From Galbitalea sp. (GTDB lineage Bacteria > Actinomycetota > Actinomycetes > Actinomycetales > Microbacteriaceae): a DNA stretch of 64,000 nucleotides. A program made the translations under genes and the position numbers. Of this stretch, positions 53,442-62,728 are shown piece by piece. The number at the start of each line of letters is the position of its first letter. The first letter of the stretch is position 1. The stretch is taken from contig DASXCU010000150.1 of assembly GCA_036491035.1 (NCBI GenBank), positions 3,560-67,559 on the forward strand, written 5' to 3'. The notes under the pieces were generated by a model. The model was given only the letters and a program-made list of their open reading frames with translations. It was not told the DNA's origin and ran no database searches.

Positions 53442-53856
53442 GAAGCATGTTTGTCATGCGCACCGTCGACAGCCGTCGACCCTGATCGTCGGTCATGACG
53501 ATTTCGTGAGTGGCCAGTGTGCGCCCAAGGACGAGCGCGGTGCAGGTTCCGGTGACCCACCCCTCGGTGATCGATCGGCTGTGGGTCGCGTTGATCTCGA
53601 TGCCGACCGCGTAGCGACCGGGCCCGGCGTGGATGGCCGAGGACACCGAACCGAGAGACTCGGCGAGCACGACGTGAGCTCCGCCGTGGAGCAGGCCGAT
53701 CACCTGGGTGTTGCCCTCGACAGGCATCCGGGCCACCGATCGCGAGGCTCCGAGCTCCACGAATTCGATGCCCATCTTGTCGGTCAGCGCCCCGCCGCGG
53801 GATTCGATCAGTCGACGATAGAGCTCGGGATCGAGGTCGTCGGGGTAGGTCGTCAT
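53431..53856 (-). CDS. hotdog-fold thioesterase (PaaI family)
   Basis: ATG at 53856 with a GGAAGGAAG RBS. Motifs MGIEFVELG, GLLHGGAHVVLAESLGS, ATHEIVMTDDQGRRLST. Confidence 0.8.
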   Translation of the reverse strand: MTTYPDDLDPELYRRLIESRGGALTDKMGIEFVELGASRSVARMPVEGNTQVIGLLHGGAHVVLAESLGSVSSAIHAGPGRYAVGIEINATHSRSITEGWVTGTCTALVLGRTLATHEIVMTDDQGRRLSTVRMTNMLRDQ

Positions 53857-53908
53857 CGGCTTCCTTCCGGGCAGTTTCATCGTCGGTGGGCAGCACTAGG
53901 CTGGCAAA

Positions 53909-56593
53909 GTGACGGACTCGCAGAAGCCTACCCTCATGGTCATCGACGGCCATTCGCTGGCGTTCCGGGCGTTCTACGCTCTGCCGGTAGACAGTTTCAC
54001 GACCCGCGACGGGCAGCACACGAACGCCATCCACGGCTTCATTTCGATGCTCATCAACCTGCTTGCCAACGAGAAGCCGACGCACGTCGCCGTCGCGTTC
54101 GACATCTCGCGCTACTCGTTCCGAACGCGTGAATACCCCGAATACAAGGGAACCCGGGACGCGACGCCAGCCGAGTTCGTCGGCCAGATCCCGCTGCTCG
54201 AAGAGGCGCTCCACGCCATGAGCATTCCGACGCTGTCGAAAGAGGATTTCGAGGCGGACGACATCCTGGCCACCCTCGCGCACAAGGGATCGGCGGAGGG
54301 CTTCACCGTCTTCGTCGTCTCCGGCGATCGCGATGCCATTCAGATGATCGACGACAACGTCACCCTGCTCTACCCGAACGCGCGAGGCGTCTCCGAGCTG
54401 AAGCGCTACGACCGCGACACCGTATTCGAGCGCTACGGCATCGAACCGCACCAGTACCCCGACATCGCGGCGCTCGTGGGTGAGACCAGCGACAACCTGA
54501 TCGGTATCGACAAGGTTGGCGAGAAGACCGCCGTGAAATGGATCAACCAGTTCGGCAGTCTCAGCGCCGTGCTGGAGCACGCCGACGAGATCGGGGGAGT
54601 GGTCGGGCAGAACCTGCGCGACCAGAAAGATCGGGCGATCCGCAACCGAAAGCTCAACCACCTGCTGACCGACATCGAACTCCCATACGGTCCCGCCGAT
54701 CTCGAGCGCAAACCAATGGACCTCGCGGCGATCCGTGACGTGTTCGATCGCCTCCAGTTCCGCACCCTCCAGGAGCGCGTGCTGAAGATCGCGGCCCAGG
54801 ATGGCGCGGTCGAGGATCCGACCGAGGCATTCCTCGACGACGCGGGCACGGGTGCTCCGCCCGTCCGCACGATGGTGGATGAGGAACTGGCCAAGTGGCT
54901 GGACACCCAGTCGAAACGGGGCACGGCACCGCTCGGACTGCGGGTCGAGGTCACGTCGGGCGAGGTCACCGGACTCGGTATCGCGAGCGAAGCAGAATCC
55001 GCCTTCGTTCCGTGGGCTGCCGGTCGACCGGACTATCTCGCGCTCGAGGAGTGGTTGCGCGGGCCCGCGCCGAAATACCTGTTCGACTCGAAGCGCGAGT
55101 TGAAGTGGCTCCAGCACTCCGGTCTCGAACTGAACGGTATCGCGTTTGACACGACCCTCGCGGCGTGGCTCCTCAAGCCGGGCGGTAAGAACCAGGACCT
55201 GGTCGACCAGGTCTACTACTTCCTCTCCGAGTCGCTGAGCCGCGCGGACCCGAACCAGCTCGTGCCCGACGTCGAGGCCCTTAGCCCGGCAACCGAGGCA
55301 TGGTACGTACTTCGGCTCTCGCTGTACCTGGCCGAACGGCTCGATGCGGGCTCGCTTCGGGTACTCGAGACGATCGAACTGCCGCTCGTCCCGGTGCTCG
55401 CCCGAATGGAGACGGTCGGCGTGACCGTGAGCGCGGCCGTGCTCGCCCGGCTCAATAAATCGCTGACCGAGTCCGCGGCAGACCTGGCTACGCGCGCCTA
55501 CGCGGAGATCGGTCACGAGGTGAACCTCGGCTCGCCGAAACAGCTGCAGCAGGTCTTGTTCGAGGAACTCAACATGCCGAAGACCCGCTCGAACAAGACC
55601 GGATTCTCGACCGACGCGGCATCCCTCGCGGACCTGCAGGATCAGGCACCGCATCCGTTCCTCGATCTTCTGCTGCAGCACCGAGACGCGAGCAAGCTCA
55701 AGCAGATCATTGAGACGCTCGAGCGCGGCATCGCCACGGATGCTCGCATACACACCACCTACGACCAGACCGGCACGAGCACGGGCCGAATCTCGTCGAA
55801 CGACCCGAACCTGCAGAACATCCCGGTCAAGACATCCGTGGGCCGCGAGATTCGCACCGCGTTCCGTGTCGGCAAAGACAGCAGTGGGGCGGAATTCGAG
55901 ACGCTGCTGACGGCCGACTACTCGCAGATCGAGATGCGGATCATGGCGCATCTCTCGGGTGACGAGGGACTGATCCTTGCCTTCAACGAGGGCGAAGACC
56001 TGCACCGCTTCGTCGGATCGCGAATTTTCGGTGTCGAGCCCTCCGCCGTCACCCCGATCATGCGCACCAAGGTCAAGGCGATGTCCTACGGACTGGCGTA
56101 CGGGCTGAGCGCGTTTGGACTGAGTAAACAGCTGCGGATCGAAACCGCCGAGGCGAAGCAGCTCATGGCCGACTACTTCCTGCGGTTCGGCGCGGTGCGT
56201 GAATATCTCCGCAACGTGGTCGAGCAGGCCAGGGTCGATGGGTACACCGAGACGATCTTCGGGCGCCGGCGCCCATTTGGCGACCTCACCTCGAACAACC
56301 GCGTTCTTCGTGAGAACGCCGAGCGAGCCGCGCTGAACGCCCCTATCCAGGGTTCCGCCGCCGACATTCTCAAGATCGCGATGCTGGGAATCGCGGACGA
56401 CCTGCACGATCGCGAACTCAAATCCAATCTGCTGATGCAGGTTCACGACGAACTCGTGTTCGAGGTAGCGGCCGGGGAACTCGACGAGCTCACCGGAATC
56501 GTCCGCGATCGGATGGGACACGCCGCCGACCTTCGAGTGCCCCTCGATGTGCAGATCGGTACCGGCGAGAATTGGGACGAAGCCGCGCACTAG
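53909..56593 (+). CDS. polA: DNA polymerase I
   Basis: 5' nuclease domain (LMVIDGHSLAFRAFYA). Pol motifs DYSQIEMRIMAHLS, RTKVKAMSYGLAYG, QVHDELVFE. Confidence 0.97.
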   Translation: MTDSQKPTLMVIDGHSLAFRAFYALPVDSFTTRDGQHTNAIHGFISMLINLLANEKPTHVAVAFDISRYSFRTREYPEYKGTRDATPAEFVGQIPLLEEALHAMSIPTLSKEDFEADDILATLAHKGSAEGFTVFVVSGDRDAIQMIDDNVTLLYPNARGVSELKRYDRDTVFERYGIEPHQYPDIAALVGETSDNLIGIDKVGEKTAVKWINQFGSLSAVLEHADEIGGVVGQNLRDQKDRAIRNRKLNHLLTDIELPYGPADLERKPMDLAAIRDVFDRLQFRTLQERVLKIAAQDGAVEDPTEAFLDDAGTGAPPVRTMVDEELAKWLDTQSKRGTAPLGLRVEVTSGEVTGLGIASEAESAFVPWAAGRPDYLALEEWLRGPAPKYLFDSKRELKWLQHSGLELNGIAFDTTLAAWLLKPGGKNQDLVDQVYYFLSESLSRADPNQLVPDVEALSPATEAWYVLRLSLYLAERLDAGSLRVLETIELPLVPVLARMETVGVTVSAAVLARLNKSLTESAADLATRAYAEIGHEVNLGSPKQLQQVLFEELNMPKTRSNKTGFSTDAASLADLQDQAPHPFLDLLLQHRDASKLKQIIETLERGIATDARIHTTYDQTGTSTGRISSNDPNLQNIPVKTSVGREIRTAFRVGKDSSGAEFETLLTADYSQIEMRIMAHLSGDEGLILAFNEGEDLHRFVGSRIFGVEPSAVTPIMRTKVKAMSYGLAYGLSAFGLSKQLRIETAEAKQLMADYFLRFGAVREYLRNVVEQARVDGYTETIFGRRRPFGDLTSNNRVLRENAERAALNAPIQGSAADILKIAMLGIADDLHDRELKSNLLMQVHDELVFEVAAGELDELTGIVRDRMGHAADLRVPLDVQIGTGENWDEAAH

Positions 56594-56613
56594 TGGCGCG
56601 GTAGATTTGGGTT

Positions 56614-57060
56614 ATGGCGCCAACGCTTGACGAGCTGGTACAGCTGCTCCCGGCGAGTTCCATCAACCTGCGCGCCACGGCCACCAGCCGCGACGATGCG
56701 ATCCGCCAGGCGGGCGCCCTTCTCGTCGGCGCCGGTGCGGTCGAACCCGACTACGTGGTTCAGATGCTCGAGCGCGAAAGCGTGGTGTCGACGTTCGTCG
56801 GAGACGGCATCGCACTGCCCCACGGCACCCTCACCGCAAAGAGCGACGTTGTCAACGAGGGACTCTCGCTCCTCCTGCTCGCGACGCCGGTCGACTGGGC
56901 GGGGCAACCCGTCACCCTCGTTATCGGTATCGCCGCCCACGGTCGGCGCTACATCACGCTTCTCAGCCAGTTGGCAACCGCGCTCCTCGACGACGGTCGC
57001 GCAACATCCTTGCGCGAAGCCACAACCGCCGAGCGCGTTCGCGCCCTGCTCGCAAGTTAG
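56614..57060 (+). CDS. PTS EIIA domain protein (mannitol/fructose/Ntr type), stand-alone
   Basis: 148 aa. The PTS_EIIA_2 pattern with a phosphorylatable His in GDGIALPHGT, plus LVIGIAA. No EIIB, EIIC, HPr or EI gene lies within the window. Confidence 0.8.
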   Translation: MAPTLDELVQLLPASSINLRATATSRDDAIRQAGALLVGAGAVEPDYVVQMLERESVVSTFVGDGIALPHGTLTAKSDVVNEGLSLLLLATPVDWAGQPVTLVIGIAAHGRRYITLLSQLATALLDDGRATSLREATTAERVRALLAS

Positions 57061-57111
57061 CTGCACGCCGGTAGTCACCGCGGCGGAAGGCGCCTGTTCT
57101 AGGCTGAAAGT

Positions 57112-58791
57112 ATGACCGCTGACGAAACGTCCCCCGCTGTTCGCAAGCCCACCGCCATCGACGCGGTTGCCGAGAAATGGGTGGAAACCCTCGGCGACCT
57201 CATGCCGACCCTGGCCACGTACATCGGCCTCGATCGCGGAAAACTGGGGGAGTGGGAAGACTTCTCCCCGGCGGGACACGATGCGACTGCTGCCGCCGCG
57301 AAAGCGGTCATCGCCGAGCTCGAGCCCCTCTCGCCCGCGGACGACGTCGACGCCGTCACCAAGGACGACCTCCTCAGCACTCTGAAGCTCGAGATCGAGA
57401 AGCACGACCTCGACTTCCACCTCCGCGACGTGAACGTCCTCGCTTCGCCGGTGCAGACGCTGCGCGAGACCTACGACATCATGCCGACCGACACCGAGGA
57501 CGACTGGGCGAATGTCTCGTCACGGTTGAACACGGCGCCAACAGCTATCGACCAGTACATCGAGACTCTGCGACTCGGAATCGAGCGCGGCGTGGTCCCG
57601 GCGAAGCGCCAGGTGCTCGAAGTGATCCTGCAGTGCCGCGAGTCGGCCGACCCCGACGGATTGTTCGCGGGCCTCGTGGGCGGCGCATCCGGGATCTCGG
57701 ATGGGCTCAGCAGTGACCTGCGGAAGGGTGCGCTCGCGTCGGCTGCCGCATACGGCACCCTGGCCGACTTCTTCGAGAAGGAGCTGCTGCCGGCGGCGGG
57801 CGAGAAGGATGCGGTGGGCCGCGACCTCTATGCCGTCGCCTCGCGCTCGTTCCTCGGCGCAACCGTCGACCTCGACGAGACCTACGAGTGGGGTGTCGAC
57901 GAACTGCAGCGAATGGTCGACGAGCAGACCAGCATCGCCAACGAGATCAAGCCCGGCGCATCCGTCGAGGAGGCCATCGAACTCCTCGACTCCGACTCGT
58001 CGCGGAAGCTTCACGGAACCGAAGCGCTCCAGCGTTGGATGCAGGAGACCAGCGACCGGGCGGTGGAGGAGCTCGGCCGCTCGCACTTCGACATTCCGAA
58101 GGAGATCCGCACGCTTGAGTGCATGATCGCGCCCAACCACACCGGAGTCATCTACTACACCGGTCCGACCGACGACTTCTCCCGCCCGGGGCGGATGTGG
58201 TGGTCCGTCCCCGAGGGAGTCACCGAGTTCAACACCTGGCGCGAGCTGACCACCGTGTACCACGAGGGTGTTCCCGGGCATCACCTGCAGATCGCGGAAG
58301 CGGTCTATAACCGCGTGACGCTCAACAGCTACCGTCGGCTGCTGGCGGGGACCTCGGGTCACGCCGAGGGGTGGGCTCTCTACGCCGAGCGACTCATGGA
58401 AGAGCTCGGCTACCTCGACGACCCGGCCGATCGCCTGGGGATGCTCGATGGACAGCGGATGCGCGCGGCCCGCGTGGTCCTCGACATCGGCGTGCACCTG
58501 GAGAAGCAGCGCCCGGACGGCAAGGGCCCGTGGACAGGTGACTACGCCTTCGACTTCATGGCCAGGCACGTGCACATGTCGCCGGAGTTCGTGCGGTTCG
58601 AGGTGAACCGCTACCTCGGCTGGCCTGGCCAGGCGCCCTCCTACAAGGTCGGACAGCGCATCTGGGAGCAAATCCGCGATGAGTACAAGGCCCGCGAGGG
58701 CGCGGCATTCAGCGCCAAGGCGTTCCACAAGAAGGCACTCGATCTCGGCGGCATCGGACTCGACACCCTGAAAGACGCGCTGCTGAAGTGA
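57112..58791 (+). CDS. DUF885 family protein (gluzincin-like)
   Basis: 559 aa. Characteristic motifs TVYHEGVPGHHLQ, GHAEGWALYAERL, RYLGWPGQAPSYKVG. Confidence 0.85.
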   Translation: MTADETSPAVRKPTAIDAVAEKWVETLGDLMPTLATYIGLDRGKLGEWEDFSPAGHDATAAAAKAVIAELEPLSPADDVDAVTKDDLLSTLKLEIEKHDLDFHLRDVNVLASPVQTLRETYDIMPTDTEDDWANVSSRLNTAPTAIDQYIETLRLGIERGVVPAKRQVLEVILQCRESADPDGLFAGLVGGASGISDGLSSDLRKGALASAAAYGTLADFFEKELLPAAGEKDAVGRDLYAVASRSFLGATVDLDETYEWGVDELQRMVDEQTSIANEIKPGASVEEAIELLDSDSSRKLHGTEALQRWMQETSDRAVEELGRSHFDIPKEIRTLECMIAPNHTGVIYYTGPTDDFSRPGRMWWSVPEGVTEFNTWRELTTVYHEGVPGHHLQIAEAVYNRVTLNSYRRLLAGTSGHAEGWALYAERLMEELGYLDDPADRLGMLDGQRMRAARVVLDIGVHLEKQRPDGKGPWTGDYAFDFMARHVHMSPEFVRFEVNRYLGWPGQAPSYKVGQRIWEQIRDEYKAREGAAFSAKAFHKKALDLGGIGLDTLKDALLK

Positions 58792-59438
58792 CGGAGGACA
58801 TCGCCATCCACACCGACACCATCGGCGAGGCGTGGTTGGGGATTGCCCGTCGCATCCTGACCGAGGGAGTGCCGAGCCGGTACGACGACCTGCCGATCCT
58901 GGAGGTTCCGCGCGCCACGCTGACGATCGATTTCCCGCGAACCGACGATCTGATCGTGTCCGAGCTCGGCGATCCCGGGCGTCTCGACTGGATGCACACC
59001 AACTTCACGGATCACTCGCTCGTTCGCGAACTCGGCGATGCCCGCAGCTATGCCAGCCGACTGTTTGATTACGCCGGAGCGGGCCGCGACCAGGTGGGCT
59101 GGATCATCGAGCGGTTGCGCGCCGACCCGACCTCTCGATCGGCAACCATTACGACATTCGAGCCGCTCCTCGACACCTCCTACATCCCGTGCGTCAGTCT
59201 TCTGGACTTTTGGGTCCGGGACGGCGCACTCGAGCAGGTCGTCTACGCGCACAGCATCGATTTCGGGGCGAAGGGGTACGGGAACCTGGTCGAGCTCGCA
59301 TGGCTGCAGGAGCACGTGGCCTCGGCGCTCGGGATTCCTGTTGGTCGGCTCGACTTCGTGGTCAAGTCCGCACACGTCTACGACACCGAGTTCGAGTACA
59401 TGAACACCGTGTTGGCGCGGGTAGACACAGTCGGCTAA
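58788..59438 (+). CDS. thymidylate synthase-fold protein, short divergent form
   Basis: GTGA overlap with the DUF885 stop. By eye it aligns to the E. coli ThyA core. DQVGWIIERLRADPTSRS matches DQITTVLNQLKNDPDSRR. IPCVSLLDFWV matches APCHAFFQFYV, conserving the catalytic Cys. KSAHVY matches GDTHLY. Confidence 0.65.
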   Translation: MTEDIAIHTDTIGEAWLGIARRILTEGVPSRYDDLPILEVPRATLTIDFPRTDDLIVSELGDPGRLDWMHTNFTDHSLVRELGDARSYASRLFDYAGAGRDQVGWIIERLRADPTSRSATITTFEPLLDTSYIPCVSLLDFWVRDGALEQVVYAHSIDFGAKGYGNLVELAWLQEHVASALGIPVGRLDFVVKSAHVYDTEFEYMNTVLARVDTVG

Positions 59439-59543
59439 GCTGGAATGTCGCAATTGTGACTTCTATCCGCCTGCCTTCGGCGAACAAAAACTAGCTCTTC
59501 TCCGTCGACGGCCAAACTATGTCCATATCGGAGCAACAACTAC

Positions 59544-61007
59544 ATGACACTCGTAACGACCGACAAGGCACCCAAGCAGGTTGCCATCAACGACATCGGA
59601 TCTGCTGAAGATTTCCTTGCCGCGGTCGAAAAGACCCTTAAGTTTTTCAATGACGGTGACCTCATCGAAGGAACCGTCGTCAAGATCGATCGTGACGAGG
59701 TTCTCCTCGACGTCGGTTACAAGACCGAGGGTGTAATCCCCTCTCGCGAACTTTCCATCAAGCACGACGTCGACCCAACCGAGGTCGTCAAGGTCGGCGA
59801 CCTGGTCGAGGCTCTCGTTCTCCAGAAGGAGGACAAGGAGGGTCGGCTCATCCTGTCCAAGAAGCGCGCCCAGTACGAGCGTGCGTGGGGTGACGTCGAG
59901 AAGATCAAGGATGCCGATGGCATCGTGACCGGTTCGGTCATCGAGGTCGTCAAGGGCGGCCTGATTGTCGACATCGGCCTCCGCGGCTTCCTGCCGGCGT
60001 CGCTCATCGAGCTTCGCCGCGTGCGCGACCTCACGCCGTACCTCGGCCAGGAGATCGAGGCGAAGATCCTCGAACTGGACAAGAACCGCAACAACGTCGT
60101 CCTCTCCCGTCGTGCACTGCTCGAGCAGACGCAGAGCGAGAGCCGCACCACGTTCCTCGGAAACCTCTCCAAGGGCCAGGTTCGCAAGGGTGTCGTCTCC
60201 TCGATCGTCAACTTCGGCGCGTTCGTCGACCTCGGCGGAGTGGATGGACTCGTCCACGTTTCCGAGCTTTCGTGGAAGCACATCGAGCACGCGTCCGAGG
60301 TTGTCGAGGTTGGCCAGGAGGTCACCGTCGAGATCCTCGAAGTGGACCTCGACCGCGAGCGCGTGTCGCTCTCGCTCAAGGCCACCCAGGAAGACCCGTG
60401 GCAGGTGTTCGCGCGTACGCACGCGATCGGCCAGGTTGCCCCCGGTAAGGTCACCAAGCTCGTTCCGTTCGGCGCGTTCGTTCGCGTGGCGGAGGGCATC
60501 GAGGGCCTTGTCCACATCTCGGAGCTGTCCGGTAAGCACGTTGAGCTCGCCGAGCAGGTCGTCTCGGTCGGGGATGACGTGTTCGTCAAGGTCATCGACA
60601 TCGACCTCGAGCGTCGCCGCATCTCGTTGAGCCTCAAGCAGGCCAACGAGGGCGTGGACCCCGACGGCACCGAGTTCGACCCGGCGCTGTACGGAATGCT
60701 CACCGAGTACGACGAGCAGGGCAACTACAAGTACCCGGACGGATTCGACCCGGAGACCAACGAGTGGCGCGACGGCTTCGAGACCCAGCGCGAGAAGTGG
60801 GAGCAGGACTACGCTGCCGCCCAGGCTCGCTGGGAGGCTCACAAGAAGCAGGTTGCGGCTGCGGCTCTCGAAGAGGACCAGCCCTCAACCGGTGTTCCGG
60901 CCGGCGCATCCTCGTTCTCGAGCGAGGACGCCGACTCGTCCACCGGCACACTTGCCGACGACGAGTCACTCGCCGCGCTTCGCGAGAAGCTCAGCTCCAG
61001 CAACTAG
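59544..61007 (+). CDS. rpsA: 30S ribosomal protein S1
   Basis: Four S1 repeats (GTVVKIDRDEVLLDVGYKTEGVIP, and so on) and an acidic C-terminal tail. Confidence 0.97.
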   Translation: MTLVTTDKAPKQVAINDIGSAEDFLAAVEKTLKFFNDGDLIEGTVVKIDRDEVLLDVGYKTEGVIPSRELSIKHDVDPTEVVKVGDLVEALVLQKEDKEGRLILSKKRAQYERAWGDVEKIKDADGIVTGSVIEVVKGGLIVDIGLRGFLPASLIELRRVRDLTPYLGQEIEAKILELDKNRNNVVLSRRALLEQTQSESRTTFLGNLSKGQVRKGVVSSIVNFGAFVDLGGVDGLVHVSELSWKHIEHASEVVEVGQEVTVEILEVDLDRERVSLSLKATQEDPWQVFARTHAIGQVAPGKVTKLVPFGAFVRVAEGIEGLVHISELSGKHVELAEQVVSVGDDVFVKVIDIDLERRRISLSLKQANEGVDPDGTEFDPALYGMLTEYDEQGNYKYPDGFDPETNEWRDGFETQREKWEQDYAAAQARWEAHKKQVAAAALEEDQPSTGVPAGASSFSSEDADSSTGTLADDESLAALREKLSSSN

Positions 61008-61021
61008 TTCGTTCACGAACT

Positions 61022-61057
61022 GGCCGGCGACCTTCGGGTTGCCGGCCATTTCGGTTT
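61022..61057 (+). terminator. intrinsic terminator after rpsA
   Basis: GGCCGGCGACC-TTCG-GGTTGCCGGCC hairpin followed by ATTTCGGTTT. Confidence 0.6.
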
Positions 61058-61072
61058 AAGTAGGGTTGAGAT

Positions 61073-61678
61073 ATGAAGCTGATCGGGCTGACGGGCGGAA
61101 TTGCTTCGGGCAAATCGACGGTCGCGTCGAGGCTCGTCGAGCACGGCGCGGTGCTGGTCGATGCGGATGTGCTCGCGCGCGAGGTCGTCGAGCCGGGCAC
61201 CGCCGGGCTGGCCGCCATCCGGAAGGAATTCGGGGAGTCCGTTATTTCGCCGGACGGGTCGCTGAACCGCCCCGCACTCGGCGCGATCATCTTTTCGGAT
61301 ACCGACAAGCGTGAGGCGCTGAACGCCATCACTCACCCTGCGATCTGGAAGCGTGGCAAGGAGCTGTTCGCGGACGCGGAGGCGAAGGACCCCGATGTGG
61401 TGATCGTGTACGACGTGCCGCTGCTCGCCGAGGCTGCGGCCGATCGCCCGATGAAGTTCGACGTGATCGTCGTCGTTCAGGCCGACATTGAGAAGCGTAT
61501 CGACCGGATGGTCGAGCTTCGTGGCATGAGCCGCGCCGAGGCGGACGGTCGCCTCCGAGCACAGGCGTCGGACGAGGATCGGCTGAGGTTCGCCGATGTG
61601 GTGATCGACAGCAATGGCACCCTCGATCAAACCCTCGACCAGGTCGACCGCCTCTGGGAGCGGTTCGCGAAGCACTGA
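61073..61678 (+). CDS. coaE: dephospho-CoA kinase
   Basis: IGLTGGIASGKST, NAITHPAI, DVPLL. Confidence 0.9.
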   Translation: MKLIGLTGGIASGKSTVASRLVEHGAVLVDADVLAREVVEPGTAGLAAIRKEFGESVISPDGSLNRPALGAIIFSDTDKREALNAITHPAIWKRGKELFADAEAKDPDVVIVYDVPLLAEAAADRPMKFDVIVVVQADIEKRIDRMVELRGMSRAEADGRLRAQASDEDRLRFADVVIDSNGTLDQTLDQVDRLWERFAKH

Positions 61679-61707
61679 GTCGCTCGCGGCGCTCGTAGTG
61701 TGGACAC

Positions 61708-62685
61708 ATGATCACTCCCCAGAAGCCTCTCGGTTCCGGTTTTGGCGCTCGAAGCACCGCCGAGCAGGTGGTGGCCGGCATTGACCTGTCGGGCAGGCTC
61801 GCGATCGTGACGGGCGGCTATTCGGGGCTCGGGCTTGAGACCGTCCGTGCCCTGGCCGCCGCAGGAGCGGCCGTGGTGGTGCCCGCCCGCCGCCCGGACC
61901 ACGCGCGGCAGGTGCTGGACGACGCGGGCCTGTCGGTTGTCGAGGTCGAGAAGATGGACCTCGCCGACCTCGATACCGTCCACGAGTTCGCTACTGGATT
62001 CCTCGACTCCCGCCGGAGCATCGACATCCTGATCGACAACGCCGCCGTGATGGCGTCACCCGAGAGTCGCGTCGGCGACGGCTGGGAGTCCCAGTTCGCG
62101 ACGAACCATCTCGGCCACTACGTACTGGCCAACCGGCTCTGGCCGGCGCTGGTCGACGGCCGGGGAGCACGCGTTGTCGCTCTGACCTCCACCGGCCACA
62201 AGCAGTCGGATATTCGATGGGACGACCCGCAGTTCACGACGGGCTACGACAAGTGGAAGGCGTACGGGCAGGCGAAGACGGCGGACAGCCTGTTCGCGAT
62301 CCAGCTGGATGCGCTCGGCGAACCGTTTGGGGTGCGGGCGTTCGCCGTCCACCCGGGCGGCATCATGACCGAGCTGCAGCGGCATCTCCCGAAGGAGGAG
62401 ATGATCGCCGCGGGGTGGATGTCCGCGGACGGTTCCGTCAATGAGCGCTTTAAATCGCCGGAGCAGGGCGCCGCGACGTCTGTCTGGGCGGCCACCTCAC
62501 CCGAGCTCGCGGGAAGAGGCGGTGTCTACTGCGAGGACTGCGACATCGCCGAACTGACCGTACTGGGCAGCCCGGACGCTCGCATTCGGGGCGTCGAGCC
62601 GTACGCGATCAATCGGAATTCGGCAGCCCGACTGTGGGCACTTTCCGCGAGCCTGACGGGCGTGAACGCGTTCGAACCCGTATAG
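61708..62685 (+). CDS. SDR-family oxidoreductase
   Basis: VTGGYSGLGLET (TGxxxGxG), NNAAVM, catalytic YGQAK. Confidence 0.85.
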   Translation: MITPQKPLGSGFGARSTAEQVVAGIDLSGRLAIVTGGYSGLGLETVRALAAAGAAVVVPARRPDHARQVLDDAGLSVVEVEKMDLADLDTVHEFATGFLDSRRSIDILIDNAAVMASPESRVGDGWESQFATNHLGHYVLANRLWPALVDGRGARVVALTSTGHKQSDIRWDDPQFTTGYDKWKAYGQAKTADSLFAIQLDALGEPFGVRAFAVHPGGIMTELQRHLPKEEMIAAGWMSADGSVNERFKSPEQGAATSVWAATSPELAGRGGVYCEDCDIAELTVLGSPDARIRGVEPYAINRNSAARLWALSASLTGVNAFEPV

Positions 62686-62728
62686 GTCCCGCCCTGCGCG
62701 TGTCGTAGGCGCTGCCTAAGCTGGAGGT

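Noticed and set aside
53438-56590. A 1050-aa ORF antisense to polA. Similar long antisense or off-frame ORFs include 375..1994(+), 16158..17846(-), 22650..24383(-), 43172..44971(-), 48619..50436(-) and 62609..63970(-).
   Set aside because: These are typical stop-codon-poor shadow ORFs of a high-GC genome. Their translations are Arg/Gly/Pro/Asp-rich with no recognisable motifs, while the opposite strand or frame encodes unmistakable housekeeping proteins.
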